Assembly (NCBI GenBank): GCA_050613775.1
Contig: JBODTK010000012.1
Coordinates: forward strand, 620,001 to 684,000
Length of the DNA: 64,000 nucleotides
Direction: 5' to 3'
Origin: Neocallimastix sp. 'constans'
Taxonomy: Eukaryota
Position 1 is the stretch's first letter. Every line of letters starts with the position of its first letter. The position numbers and the translations under genes are program-made. The notes beneath the pieces are model-generated. The model was not told where the DNA came from. It did not search any database and was given only the letters and a program-made list of their open reading frames with translations. Below, in pieces: positions 38,547 through 51,852 of this stretch.

Positions 38547-38947
38547 CAGGGAAGAGAATACACTTCCAAAACTTTATTAATTTTATTTTAAAAAATACAT
38601 GTAGGTGAAAAGTACATTTGAAATTAAAAATAAAAAAATTAAAATATAAAAAAATAAAAAAGCTCGAAAATACTATGTATTTCGGCAAGTTGTACTATGC
38701 GGGAATTTTTCCTTTCCTAACAAATAAAAAAGAAATAAAACCTAGAAGTAACATCTTTAAAATAGATAGTGTGGTGTCCACTAAACTCTCCCCGGATTCA
38801 TCATTTATTGAACTACAAGGGCAAGATTCATCCTTCGTAGAAATAGATGACGATCCTGTATTATCATTATGCCTTATCAGTACGACGTCGACGCTCTTGG
38901 ATAAGTTTGGTATTTTGCAATACCTATCAAATAATAGCAGTAAAAAA
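38514..38947 (-). mobile_element. Short 5'-truncated LINE 3' end with poly(A) tail
   Basis: The minus strand reads LLFDRYCKIPNLSKSVDVVLIRH, then a 3' UTR with AATAAA and an ~30-nt A tail (T-run 38514-38543). The terminus TATTCTCT..GTCT-A(n) is shared with the 34330 element. Possible TSD AAATATTT(C/T)AA at 38503-38513 and 38948-38958. Confidence 0.75.
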
Positions 38948-39764
38948 AAATATTTTAATATATACTTCATATCTTCATATTATTGTTATATTAAAAAATT
39001 ATAATAGATAATTATATATAGAATATCAATATTTTATATAGTTATTTTAGTATCAATTGACAAATTTTAATTTAAGATGATGATAAAGAATTTGATGTAA
39101 TTTTTTAAAAATTACACCTGTATATTTTTATGATATATATATATAAAAAAAAAAAAAGGCAAATACAAAAATATTAATAATATATAATATATTTGAAATA
39201 TCATCCCATTATCATTATTTTTTTTTTTAAAGACTAGGAAAAGTTTATTTTTTAATAATATTTATTAACAAAATCATGAAATATAATGTATAACACTTTC
39301 CATTAATCAACTATAAACTCCATGTAGATAAAAATATATATATTTTTCCATTATATCCTTGTTCATTAAATACTATTACCTCAAAAAACCAATATATTAT
39401 ATTTTTTATTTCAGCAGTTCTCATTCCTATTGCTTTTGGATAAAATCATTTATTATTTACTTTATTTTAATTATAATAAACCCCAAAAAATAAAATCAAA
39501 AAAACAAAAAAATAAAAAATTTCAATTTCTTTACAAGCTGTACACTTAATATTTATAATAATAACAATACCATTAATTTAATTATTATTTGATAATGAAA
39601 ATATAAAATATAAAATATTTTATATTTTTGTTTATTTACTTATTTATTAAGATAAGTTTTTACATTCATTTTCTAATTAAAAATATTGTTTTGTTTTAAG
39701 ATAGAATTTTTTTTATTGATGTTTGATTTTTAGCATTAGCGTCATAGCTTCTTTAAGTACGAGC

Positions 39765-40028
39765 TTAGTTCTTACCAAGAATTTGAGCAGCTCTTTCATC
39801 TAAGAACTTTTGGAAATCTTCTGGAATACCATCCTTGAAGACCTTAAGATCTTCTGGAACACCGTCCTTGAAAAGTTCCTTGAACTTTGGTGGAAGCTTA
39901 CCTGGTTCCCAACCTTCAAAGAATTCCTTATCTGGTGGACCGTTTGGGAAAAGCTTCCTTAAGGATTCTGGACGACCGTTTGGGAAGTACTTCTTAACAA
40001 CAGCTGGAATTTCTTGTGGTTCAGACAT
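39765..40028 (-). CDS. Small 87-aa protein built from ~11-aa F-x-x-G-x-P repeats; function unknown
   Basis: Intact intronless ORF with AAAATG context and high GC relative to its flanks. Codons are strongly biased (AAG, TTC, CCA, GGT, GAA), and a TATAAATA lies ~90 bp upstream. Confidence 0.85.
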   Translation of the reverse strand: MSEPQEIPAVVKKYFPNGRPESLRKLFPNGPPDKEFFEGWEPGKLPPKFKELFKDGVPEDLKVFKDGIPEDFQKFLDERAAQILGKN

Positions 40029-40113
40029 TTTTATTTTATTTTTTCTTTATTTATAAAGATGAATAGAAAAAAAAGATAATGGAGAAAAAAGTATTCAGAG
40101 TGAATTTTAAGAC

Positions 40114-40121
40114 TATTTATA
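40114..40121 (-). promoter_or_regulatory. Putative TATA box of the 87-aa gene
   Basis: TATAAATA on the minus strand, followed by a pyrimidine-rich leader to the ATG at 40028. Weak evidence in AT-rich DNA. Confidence 0.4.
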
Positions 40122-43100
40122 TTTTTTCCAAAAAAAAAAAAAAAAAAAAAGAGTTTACTATAACTAATTAATATTAAAATAAATAAAAAAAAATAAATAA
40201 AATTATATGGAAGGTGTATATAAAAATAATATTCTGATTGTATTCAACAGATATACAAAAATTGATCTATATTAAAGAGATATAAATAAACAGAGATGCA
40301 ATAAAAGATATAAACAGAAATATAAATAAATATATGAATTGATATATAAACATAAATATAAACAAATATATAATAGATATATGAATTGATATATGAATTG
40401 ATATATAAATGGACAAATATACAGATATTAAATGAATAATTAAATAATTAAGTATCAAAAATGGAAAAAAATCTTTTAAATTCTTTTCATATAATGTAAA
40501 CAAAAGTAAAATGTTTATTAATAACTGTTATTTATAAATCAATATATTTATTATATATATTCCTATATGATAAATTTATCATCTTCATATATATGAAGTA
40601 ATTATTTGTAAATAGAAACATATATGGAATAAATATTCGTAATATTCACCACCCAATAAAAACTCAAAATCCAAAATAGAGTTAAGTGGCGCTTCGTTTT
40701 TTTTTTTTTTTTTTTTTGGTAGTTTTCGATGTTGAAAAATTAATAAAAAAAAAAGTATTCAAGGATTAATTTCAAAATTTGACCAAACTTAGAAAAAAAA
40801 TTGATATAAAGAGTAATTAAATTATCAAATAATAATAATAATAATAATAGTATAACTTTATCATTACATCCTACTTTTATTTATTTAATAGTATTGTTAC
40901 TGCTATAGTAATTTTTTAATATTTATTTATTTATTTTTATTTTATTGTTATTGTTATTTTTGAATATTTATTTATTTTTATTATTATTTTTATTATTTTT
41001 GAATATTTATTTTTTTGTTTATTTATTTATTTATATTTTTATTATTTTTGTATATTTTAGCTTAATTAAATATTTATTTGGATTAAATTTCATTACATTA
41101 TATTAATTCATAATATCCAACGACAAAAAAGAACGAAAGAAACAAAAATAAAATTATTAAATTATAATATTTCATTATATAAATTTATATAAAATGTATA
41201 ATTCATAATATATTTATATATATTGTTTGAATTAATATTTTTAAAGATGGATATTTGATTTCTATAATAGATTTATGTATTAATTTTAATATATTACATA
41301 ATATATATAATTTATTCTTAGAATTTTAAGATATTAAATATCATAGTATATAAGATGACCATTTAAGGTAATTTTTATATTTCCACTTTATTTATATTTT
41401 TTTTTTTTGAATCTTATTTTTATTCTTTTTCCACCCTCTAATGAAACTAGAACATTTTAAAATTAAAATTATATGAATATGTTTTATATCTATATTATAA
41501 ATATATTTATATTATATTTATTAATATAAATTTTTATATTAAATAATTAATATTTATTTTTTATTTATATTTATAATATATATAATATTTTTAATTAATT
41601 AAAAAGCCTTTTTTTTTTTTTGGTAATATTAATTAGTACTTTTTTTTTCAATAAATTACTGAACAAATTTAATTAAAATTAATTTCTAAAAATACATTTT
41701 TTCTTTTTATTTGTTGAATCATACATTAATTAATTTATTACCTAATTTGTTAGTTTTTTAAATTAAAATAATAAAAGAATAATGTATATTATATATCTTT
41801 ATTTTATTTAGTTTTAAATGTATAAATAAAATAAATTTATATTTATAAGCCACATTTATTCTTATTAATAAATTAAAAATTAATTATATAATAAAATTTA
41901 TATATATTTTATTAATTAGTGATGAACATGTGATTTATTTTCTTTATTACTTAGTTTTACATATTCCTTTTTAAGAGTGATGGTAATATTGATTAATTAT
42001 TGATTTATTAATTTATTAATTTATTACTTGTTTTATTTGTATATTTGCATATTTATTTATTTATTTATGTATTTATTTATTTATTTATTAATGGCTTTTT
42101 TAAATAGAGTAGAAGTTTATAAAGATGAAGAAAAAGAAAAATGTAAAAAATGATTATAATGAAAATACATTTATAATTGATTAAACAATAAAACTATGTT
42201 ATTTTAAGAAGTATTCTTGAAATATCTATTAATTATTCAAGTATATTTAGTATAATAAAATATAAGAAAATAATATATAAATCATTAAAAGAAAAATGCA
42301 AATAAAAATATTATAGAAAATTAATATATAAATTAATTTCATATATTTCAAATAAAAGAATTATTAATATAATAATATTTAGATATGTCTTAACATAAAT
42401 ATAAATTAATAATTTAAAATAAATTTATTTTTACATAAATTTATTATATCACGTTACATTTTTGTATAATGATTGGATGTTGTTTTATTAATATCTGATT
42501 TCCTCCAACATTTGATTATCCACTCTATTTTCTCTAATAATATTCAAATAATATATTGATATTTATCTAATAGTCTAATAGTATCAGAAACAATCATAAT
42601 TAAAAAATCTTCATTTTAACTGTTATTTCACATAATTTTTAAATTTTTTGTTTTATATGTTTATTAATAAATGAATTTTATTAATAATTAAGATTTATAT
42701 TCGTATTTTATATTATATGGAATGAAATATATTTATTAATTAATATTTTATTAAATAATGAACATGTGATGCCTTTTCATTAACTTTTCATTTATGAATT
42801 AATTAACGGTATACTAAAAAAAAAAAAAGAAAAAAGTTTATTTTAAAATTTCATATCAAAAGTCTATTCAATATTCTTTTATTTTTTTTGTTCAAAAAAA
42901 AAAAAAAATCTTTTTATTTTAAAATTTCATATCAAAGTATATTTAATATTTATTTTTTTTTTTTATTTTTTTAAGAAAATTTGCATCATGTTAAAATTTA
43001 TGTTTTCTTCTTCATAAAAGGCTTATAATAAAGCAAAGCAAAGCAAAAAATTAAAAAAAAAAAAAAAAAAAAAAAATAAACAAAAAATAATAATAATAAT

Positions 43101-44309
43101 AATAATAAAAAGTTTTTTCTTTTCTTTCTTTTGATATTATAATATTATAAAATAAATATATTAATTATAATAACAAAAAATTTTTTTTTCTAATATATCT
43201 TTTAATAATATTAAAAAGAATTGTTGAATAGATTTTTAAGTATGAAGTGATGATATTTTCATGGCCTGTAGTTATTATTTAATTTTAATTTGGACAATGA
43301 GGAAGATTTCAAGCCATAATATACAAAATAAATAAATAAATATATATATACATAATTTTGGTATTTGTCATCATTGTCAACACTGAAGTATTCATTTTTT
43401 TTCTTTTTTTCTTTTTTTTTTAATAATAATAAATTTATTATAAATATATATAGACAATATAAAAAGGAGGTACTGTTTAATCGATCCAAAGATTTTAATA
43501 ATTGTTGTAAATTTATAATAAAAGATGTCCATAAATTTATTTTAAATAAATAAATATATAAATAAATAAAAAGAAGAGTATTGTTTTTATTTATTTATTT
43601 ATTCATTTATTTATTCATTTATTTATTCATTTTATTTGTTTTATTTTATTTTATTTTATGTAAAGAGTATTATATAAATATACCATGTTTAATTCATTAG
43701 AAGATTCTTTTTTTTTTTTTTTTTATTTTTTTTTTTTTTTATTATATTTTATTATATTTTTTTTTTTTTATTATTTTATTTTTTATTATTCAATAGGAAT
43801 AAAAATAAAAATTTATTTTTATCTACATAATGATGTAATAATGTTCTTAATGTTTTTTTAATGTACAATTTGTCTTTCTTAATTCAATATGCCACTTTAT
43901 ATAATAAATAACTTTTTTTTTTATTATTATTATTGAATAAATCAAAGAATTAAAATCTTTCAATATTAAATAAAAATTTTTTATTTTTTTTTTTTTTTAC
44001 TTTCAAAAAATATTAGAACGTTTAAACTTTATTTCATTTTATTTTTATTTTTTTTTACATTATATTTTTCTATTTTCTATTTTTTTTTTATTATTTACCT
44101 CGATTTATTGAACAAATAATTCCTTTTATTGCAAACTATTTCAAAAGAAATAATAATATATTCTATTAAAAAAGAATTATAAAAAAATTATTTTTATAAT
44201 TGAATATTAATAAATTATATATATAAAAAACAGAATATTTATTATTTATTTAATTATTATTTATTTAATTATTATTTATTAATTATTATTTATTAATTAT
44301 TGAAAACAA

Positions 44310-44345
44310 GCCACATATAAAAATACGCCACATTGCGAAATGCAC
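44310..44345. mobile_element. Probable DNA-transposon terminal inverted repeat (right-facing copy)
   Basis: GCCACATATAAAAATACGCCACATTGCGAAATGCAC with tandem GCCAC; inverted relative to 38250-38267. Confidence 0.55.
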
Positions 44346-44640
44346 TAGATTCTTTTAGTCTATATGAAAATGTTTATATATTTATATAGATTTTCTTTTG
44401 AGTTTTTTCCAAGGTTATTACAATAACAATCCAGGGTAACAACATCCATTTCATTTTTATAAACTTTCAATCTAATTTTTTCATAAAAATTTTTTTAATA
44501 AAGATATTCGTAGGATTGGAAAATTACAACAATCATATATTTGAAAATTAATTCAATTAACAAAAATATTTCTTTTTTTAAATTTTTTTTTTTTATTTAT
44601 TTTTATTTTTATTTATTTTTTTTTTTTTTTTTTTTAATTT

Positions 44641-44671
<31 letters not shown>

Positions 44672-44935
44672 TACATAAATAATAAATAATGAAATAAATA
44701 TTAGATTATTAAATAAAATATTACATAATTTTTTTAATAAATAATTGATATTCATCAATATCAATTTCCATTAGTAATTTTTTTTATTTATTTTTTCTTT
44801 AAGGTATATGGAATAATATCAAAAATTTGAAGTTTTTTTAAATATTAAAATAAAAAATTTATAGAGACTAGATAAATAAAAAATAATTTATTATTATTGT
44901 TATTTAAAAAAATTGTATTTTAATAATTTTTTTTT

Positions 44936-45184
44936 TTAATAGGTAACAGTTTGATTTGAAGGTAAGGATGAAATAATAATTGGTTGTTGAGTTGGCGTAT
45001 TAACCATGTAGTAAATAGTGGTTGGTGAGGAAGTCATTGGTATGGTTTGAATATAAGTTTGGTTATTATCAATTGAGTAATAAATATTATTTGAAGAGTT
45101 TGCAGCAGTTATAGGTAGTGAGTAATATAAAACTTTGGAATTATTATTTGATTCATTTATTGAAGAAATAAGGATTTCATTATA

Positions 45185-45232
<48 letters not shown>

Positions 45233-46631
45233 GTTATTGTTATTGTTATTGTTATTATTGTTATTATTTAATGTGTAATATGAAAGTATTTGAGGAACCG
45301 AATCAATTTGAGAAGAATTATTATTTTGTTGATCATTAGAAGGATTTATTATTAATTGTGAATTAATATTTAACGTTTGTGAATTATTTAAAGTGGGTAA
45401 AAGAGTAAATAATGAATTTTGAGAGGTAATATCATTAAATAATATATCCGTTTCAGTATAAGAAGGAGAAGGAAAATATGAATTTTGAGAGGAATAATCA
45501 TGACTACTTTGTAAGTCACTTTCCGTATATGAAGGAGAAGGAACATATAATACTTTTGATGATGTATTATTATTTATAATTCTATTATTTTCAATGTAGG
45601 AAGGAGAAGAGATAAAAGAATTTGAATTTGATACTTTATCCATATTATTACTATTTATTACTTTAGAAATGAATTCAGTTTCATAAAACATTTTACTTTC
45701 AGAATATTTATTTTCGATGACTTCATTTTTTTCTATAATATTTTTTTCAATGTGACAAATATAATCATATTTTTCATCTCGACAGAGTTCTTTCCAAACA
45801 TTAGTAATAAGGGAGGTGCTAATTTCATCAAGTCTATTTTCAACTTTTCTAAGAACTGTTTTCCATAATAGTTTAACTTGTTCTTCAGTTTTAGTTATAT
45901 TTGATATTGTTTTACATAAACGTTCATAATCTTTTTTATTAATTTATAAATTTTTTGTTAAAAAAAAAAAAAATTAATATTTTTAATTTAATTTAATATA
46001 TTTTTTTATAACAAATATTAAATAAACGATATTTCTTAATTATATATATATAGATAAATATTTGATATTTACTTGGTAAAATTTTAAATTCTTTAAGTTG
46101 ATCAAGTATTTTTGCAGAAATTAAATAACGATAAGCTTCTGTTAAATATATATATATATATTTAAAGAAAAATTAAAAACATATTAGAATTAATATAATA
46201 ATTAACGATATATTATAAATTTCTTAAAAATAAAATTATAATTATTAATAAATGTATTTATACAAAAAAATGCATACGAGCTTTGGAAATATTCCAATTC
46301 TTTTTGACATAGGAATTAAATGTGTAACCATGTTTTCTGTAATCTTTAGAGCTGACAGCTGTTTGAATGTTTTCGACTAAACTTTTAAATTTTTTCTGTT
46401 TTCTTAAATAGATTGTTAATGAACTAAAAATAATAATTTAAAAAAAAAAAAAAAAAGATAAAAAAAAAAAAAAAGAAAAAAATGTTAATAATACTAATTA
46501 AAATTAAAAATATATTTATAATTTTTTTTCTTATTAAATATTATTAATTATTCTTATATACATATTTTTTAAGTTATTTTATTTTTATTTTTAATAATAA
46601 ATAATAATTACCTTTCAGAGTAACTAACCAT
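44936..46631 (-). CDS. Putative transcription factor, paralogue A (conserved N-terminal HTH-like domain + S/N/P-rich tail), 4 exons
   Basis: Exons 46631-46612, 46423-46278, 46138-46073 and 45930-44936, GT-AG and in phase. Product: MVSYSESSLTIYLRKQKKFKSLVENIQTAVSSKDYRKHGYTFNSYVKKNWNISKAQAYRYLISAKILDQLKEFKILPNYERLCKTISNITKTEEQVKLLWKTVLRKVENRLDEISTSLITNVWKELCRDEKYDYICH, then a low-complexity tail. The gene model is strong; the function is inferred. Confidence 0.85.
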
Positions 46632-46714
46632 TTTGGATATTTTAATTATTATTTTAATAATATATATATATTTTTTTAAGAATTATAGAAATTATTTTAA
46701 TAAAAATATTTGAA

Positions 46715-46965
46715 TAATTTTTTTATATGAATAAATAAATAAAGATATCTTTTTGTACAAAATAGTTATTTTTTTTTTCAATTTTAATAAATTGAAGTAG
46801 TGAAAAAATAAAAAAAAAAAAAATAAATTTAAAAGGAAATAATTTTTTTTATAAGAATAAATAAATAAAGATATCTTTTTATACAAAGTAGTTGTTTTCT
46901 TTTCAATTTTAATAAATTAAAGTAATGAAAAAATAATAATAAAAAAAAAAAATTTAAAAGGAAAT
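46715..46965. repeat. Two ~125-bp tandem direct repeats in the 5' leader of paralogue A
   Basis: GAATAAATAAATAAAGATATCTTTTT(G/A)TACAAA...CAATTTTAATAAATT...AATTTAAAAGGAAAT occurs twice in tandem. Confidence 0.85.
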
Positions 46966-46970
46966 CATTA

Positions 46971-46989
46971 ATGTTTTTATACTAAAATA
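46971..46989 (-). promoter_or_regulatory. Conserved TATA-containing block upstream of paralogue A (matching block at ~53716-53734 for paralogue B)
   Basis: TTTTAGTATAAAA(A/G)CATT is conserved upstream of both A and B in otherwise diverged flanks. Confidence 0.5.
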
Positions 46990-46992
46990 TGG

Positions 46993-47028
<36 letters not shown>

Positions 47029-48116
47029 ACTTGAAATAATTTAAAATAAATAACAATATAATAATTTAAACATAATTTCAAAATAATTATTTTTATTACT
47101 AATACTTTTTAAGAATTAATATAAATATAATTTTACATGCTATTAATGTTTATATTTAATAATATTCTTTTTAATTATAAAGAAAATTATTTTAATTTGA
47201 TTCTTTTTAAATGTAATAAAAAGGAAAAAAAAAAATTTTTTTTCTGTATATAATAAACTTTATTAATGATTAAATAGTTATATCCACTATTGGTGATATA
47301 TTTCCATATAATTTAAATTTATAGTGTTTATTTTTTATTTTATTTTTTATAAATATTAATTTAAATTATATATTTAATTATTATTTTTGGTATGGAATAA
47401 AAATTATAGTGGATTATAGATTATGGATTTATGGATTTTTTTTTTTTTTTTTTTTATTTAGTATATAAATATTTTATTATATAAAAGCTTAAATTATAAG
47501 TTTTTTTGGACAGATATTAAAAAAATATGAATATTTACAATATACATATCTAATAAATCATGTTAGATATTAGTATTACTAATTTAAAATTAAAATTTAA
47601 TTATTTATTTTTTTTTTCTTTTTTAATTAATTTAGTATTACATAATATTATAGTATTAATTTTAAAAAATATTAAAAATATTTATTTTATTATATAAATA
47701 TATTATTAAATAAAATATAAAAAGTAAAAAACAACAACTTATAATAAAGTTTTAAATTTTTGATTTATTAAATATAAATATTTAATTATTAAAATAAAAT
47801 TATTTAAATTAGATAAATATATTAAGATAAACAAAAAAAAAGAAAAAAAAATTTTAAAAATAGTAGATGAAATAATTAAAATAAAACTATTATTAGTTGT
47901 ATATGAATTATTTTATAAAAAATATTTTATTTATATTAATTTTTTTTTATTTTTTTATTTTTGTTTTTATTTTAATAAATTACATTTATTAAAAATTTTA
48001 TTGGAATTTTTTTTTTTTTTAATAAATTGATTAAAAAATTAAATTAAATTATAAAATTTTATTTGTAATGACTAAAATTTTATTATAAGTTTATTTGCTA
48101 CTTTTTTTTTAAGCTT

Positions 48117-48265
48117 AAAGGTACATTTTTTTTTATATTAAATATATATGTTAATTAATGAAATTTTTTAAAGGTACATTTTTTTTTATATTAAATATAT
48201 ATGTTAATTAATGAAATTTTTTAAAGGTACATTTTTTTTATATTAAATATATATGTTAATGAAAT
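48117..48265. repeat. Three tandem copies of a ~52-bp unit
   Basis: AAAGGTACATTTTTTTT(T)ATATTAAATATATATGTTAATTAATGAAATTTTTT occurs three times. Confidence 0.9.
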
Positions 48266-49000
48266 TATTTATATTTTTAAAGTATCATGTTAATATATAT
48301 TTATGTTGCAATAATTATTTTCATAAAAGTTTATATATAATAAATAAATATATTATTAATTATAATAAATATAATAATTACTTTATTTATAAAATTTTTT
48401 AAATATACATGTCTAAACTAAATTATTAAATAATTGTATTTTAATAATTAAATATTTATATTTAATAAATCAAATATTTAAAACTTTTTTATAAGTTGTT
48501 TTTTTTTTTTTTTTTACTTTTTATATTTTATTTAATAATATATTTATATAATATGATAAATATTTTTTATTTTTTTTTTATTTTATTAATTAATAAAAAA
48601 TTAATACTATAATTTTTATTTTTTTAATATTTTTTGGGAATTATTTCATAAAGATTAAAAATTACATTTAAATTATTATCCTTATATTGAAATTAATATT
48701 TTTTATAATAAATAAGATTAGTATAGGTTTTTTAAAATTTCCGTAATTCAATTAACTGAAAACTTTATTTTTAATAAATTATTAAAATTTAAAAAATATC
48801 AAATAAAAAAATGTTCCTGTAAAAAATAAATTTTAATTATTTTTTAATAAATAATTATTCGTGAAGGAAAAAAGGAAAAATAAATAAATAAATTAATAAA
48901 TGTTTTTATTTATATTATCAATAATAAACATTTCATTTATTTAAATGAAAGATATTAATATTTATAGGATTTTTAAATTTAATATCTATATTTTTGTATA

Positions 49001-49031
<31 letters not shown>

Positions 49032-49092
49032 TTTGAAATAAATGAAATATATAATATATTTTATTTTAATTAATTAATAAAAAGGATTTTTA

Positions 49093-49255
49093 ATTATGAA
49101 CAAAAATTTATTATTATTCTTAAACAAATTTTTTTTTCTGAAGACTTTTGTCTCCCCTATATGTTAATATGGGTGTATGCTTAACTGCCATACCGGTACG
49201 GCGTCAACGCTCGCAACTCCCTATAAGCAAAGCAACTCTAATAATTAATTTTTTG
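49093..49255 (-). mobile_element. Very short LINE-derived 3'-end insertion
   Basis: GC-rich island reading ASVDAVPVWQ, the same motif as the other LINE ends. It is absent from the duplicated copy of this region at ~50420-50450 (empty site). Confidence 0.6.
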
Positions 49256-51852
49256 AAAAATTTTGTTTGATTTTATATATAATAAGTTAATTACTTTTTT
49301 TAAATAACATTTATATATATATATATATATATATATATCAATTGAATATTATAAGTAATAATTCTTTAAAATATATCTATTATTAATTAAGATAATTAGT
49401 AATAATATTTATCATAATAATTTTATATATAAATAAATATTTATTAATTATTATAAATATACATGTTAGTACATGGTTAGAATTTTTAATTTTATTTTTT
49501 TGAAAGCTATATATATATAAATTATTCTCATATATTGAATTTAATATTATTTTTTATAATAAATAAGATTATTATAAATTTTTAAAAATTCCGTAATTAT
49601 ATAATTTTCGAACTTTATTTTTATAAATTATATTTATTAAAACAATTTATTGGAATATATTTTTTTCCCTTTAATCAATGGAATAAAAAATTAAATTAAA
49701 TTATAAAATTTTATTTATAATTATTAAATAATTATTTAAAAGTTTATTTATTAAATTTAAAGGTATAGTTTTTTTTTTTATTCTTTTTTTCTTTTTTTTT
49801 TTTTTATTCTTTTTTCTTTTTTATTAAATATATATGTTAATTTGTGAAATTTTTATATTTTTAAACATTTCTAAAGTTTTTATGATGATATGATAATATA
49901 AATTTATGTTTGAAATGACTCTTTTCATAAAAGTTTATAAATAATAAATAAATAAATATATTTAAATTAAATAAATATATTAATTACTTTATTTAGAGTT
50001 TTTTTTTAAAAATATAAGTAAGAATTTTTAATTATAATGTTTTTTTTTCGTTAGTTTTTTCTTAAGGTCTATATATATTATTCTCCTCTTTTGAAATTAA
50101 TATTTTTTTTTTTTTTTTTTTTTTTTTTAATAAATAAAATTAGTTGCTTTTTTAAAAAATCCCATCATTTAATAAAAATTAAAACTTTATTTTTAATAAA
50201 TTATTAAATTTAAAAAAAATCTCAAAAAAATAAAATGTTATTATGAAAAATAAATATTAATTATAAATTACTAATAAATAATTATTTGTGGAATAAAATA
50301 ATAAATAACTTTCATTTTATTAATATTTTTATGATTTTTAATTTTAATATATATATATATATACTTTTTATGAAATATGTGTTCTATAAAATATATTATA
50401 TTTTATTTAATTATTAGAAATGATTTTTTAAAAAATTTTGTTTGATTTTATATTATATAATAATTAATTGTTTTTTCATATAACAATTTTATTTGTATAT
50501 ATCAATTAAATATATATATGTTTTTTAATAATATTAATTTTGAAATTCATATAATATTAATTAAGATGATATTAATAATTTTTTTTTTTTTTTTTAAATT
50601 AAAAATTATTATTTCCTATCAAGAGATAGGATTTTAGAAGATCACCTTATTTTTTTTTATTCATATAATTTAAATTTTAAATTATAAGAATAAAAAAAAT
50701 AAGTTATTATATCATTACTGGAATTTTTTTTTATAGATAATTCTAAGGTAATTACAAATTTGTAATGACTATCATGAGTGATTGTATTAATTTTTTTAAC
50801 AAATATTTATTTTATTTATCATTATATATATATGTATATATATATTTTATTTTTTTTTTTTTTTTTCTTTTCATATAATAAAATTTTGAATTATTAATAA
50901 TATTTATATTTATAATGAAATATTATATATAAACAAAAATGAAAATAAAGTGTATATTGAATATTTTCATAAATTATTCTAATAATGGGTAATTTTGAAT
51001 TTTGAATTATGTTTTTTTTTTTTTTTTTAAAAGGAATATATAAAAATTTAAAAATTGAATAATAATTATATAGAAAATTATTTACTTTGATTTATCTTTA
51101 ATGAATTTAATGTAATAATAGAATTGTTATTCATAATTATAAATTTTTATAATTTTAATATACCCATTTTTAATAGTTAATTTTTTAAATGAATTTTTTT
51201 TAACAATATATTTAAAATAATATATATATATATGAATATAATTATTGAATTAAAAATATTTGATTAAAGATGGTAATATTTTTTTTTTCTTTATTTATGA
51301 AAATGTAAATGTACATTAATAAAATTTAATCACAAAAAATTAAATTCTCATTAAAAAATATCTACATAATTCAAAATGTGAGCAATTTTTAAAAAAATTT
51401 TATTAATATTAGATAGTAAACCATTGAATGAAGATGATATGAATTAATTTTATTAAAGTTATAACTATCTTATAAATTTTTTGTATTAGTTTATCTCAAT
51501 TACAATATTTTAATATTTTTTTTATTTTAAAAAAGCGTTTAATTTTTATTATATTTTATATATATAATAAATATATAAAAATAATAATTTAAGGTCTGTA
51601 AATAAGCAATCAATAATTACAATATTATGATAATAAATTAAATAGTATACTAAAAAGGTTTCTAAAATTGTTTCTTTTTAATAATTAATAGATAAAAATA
51701 ATAATTTCTAAATATAAAAAAAAAGAAAAACAAAAATTATTTTTTAAAATTAAATAAAACAAATTATTTATAAGAAGATATAAACAATTAGTTTATAAAA
51801 TTTATTACTTTTTTTTTTTTATTTTTTTTTAAGCAATAAAATTTAATGAACT

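Noticed and set aside
38870..38900. Possible hammerhead or HDV-like ribozyme (CTGATAAG; GCG-TCGACGT-CG resembling the CPEB3 P3/L3)
   Set aside because: I could not find the GAAA core or the P1/P2 pairing partners. The motif coincides with the LINE ORF2 end and is kept only as a candidate cis-element.
40267..43553. ORFs at 40267, 43259 and 43365, and faint coding-like patches at ~42090-42620
   Set aside because: Low-complexity or too degraded; no motif or splice structure that I can support.
48117..48265. CRISPR-like repeat array
   Set aside because: Contiguous tandem repeats with no unique spacers, in a eukaryotic context with no cas genes.
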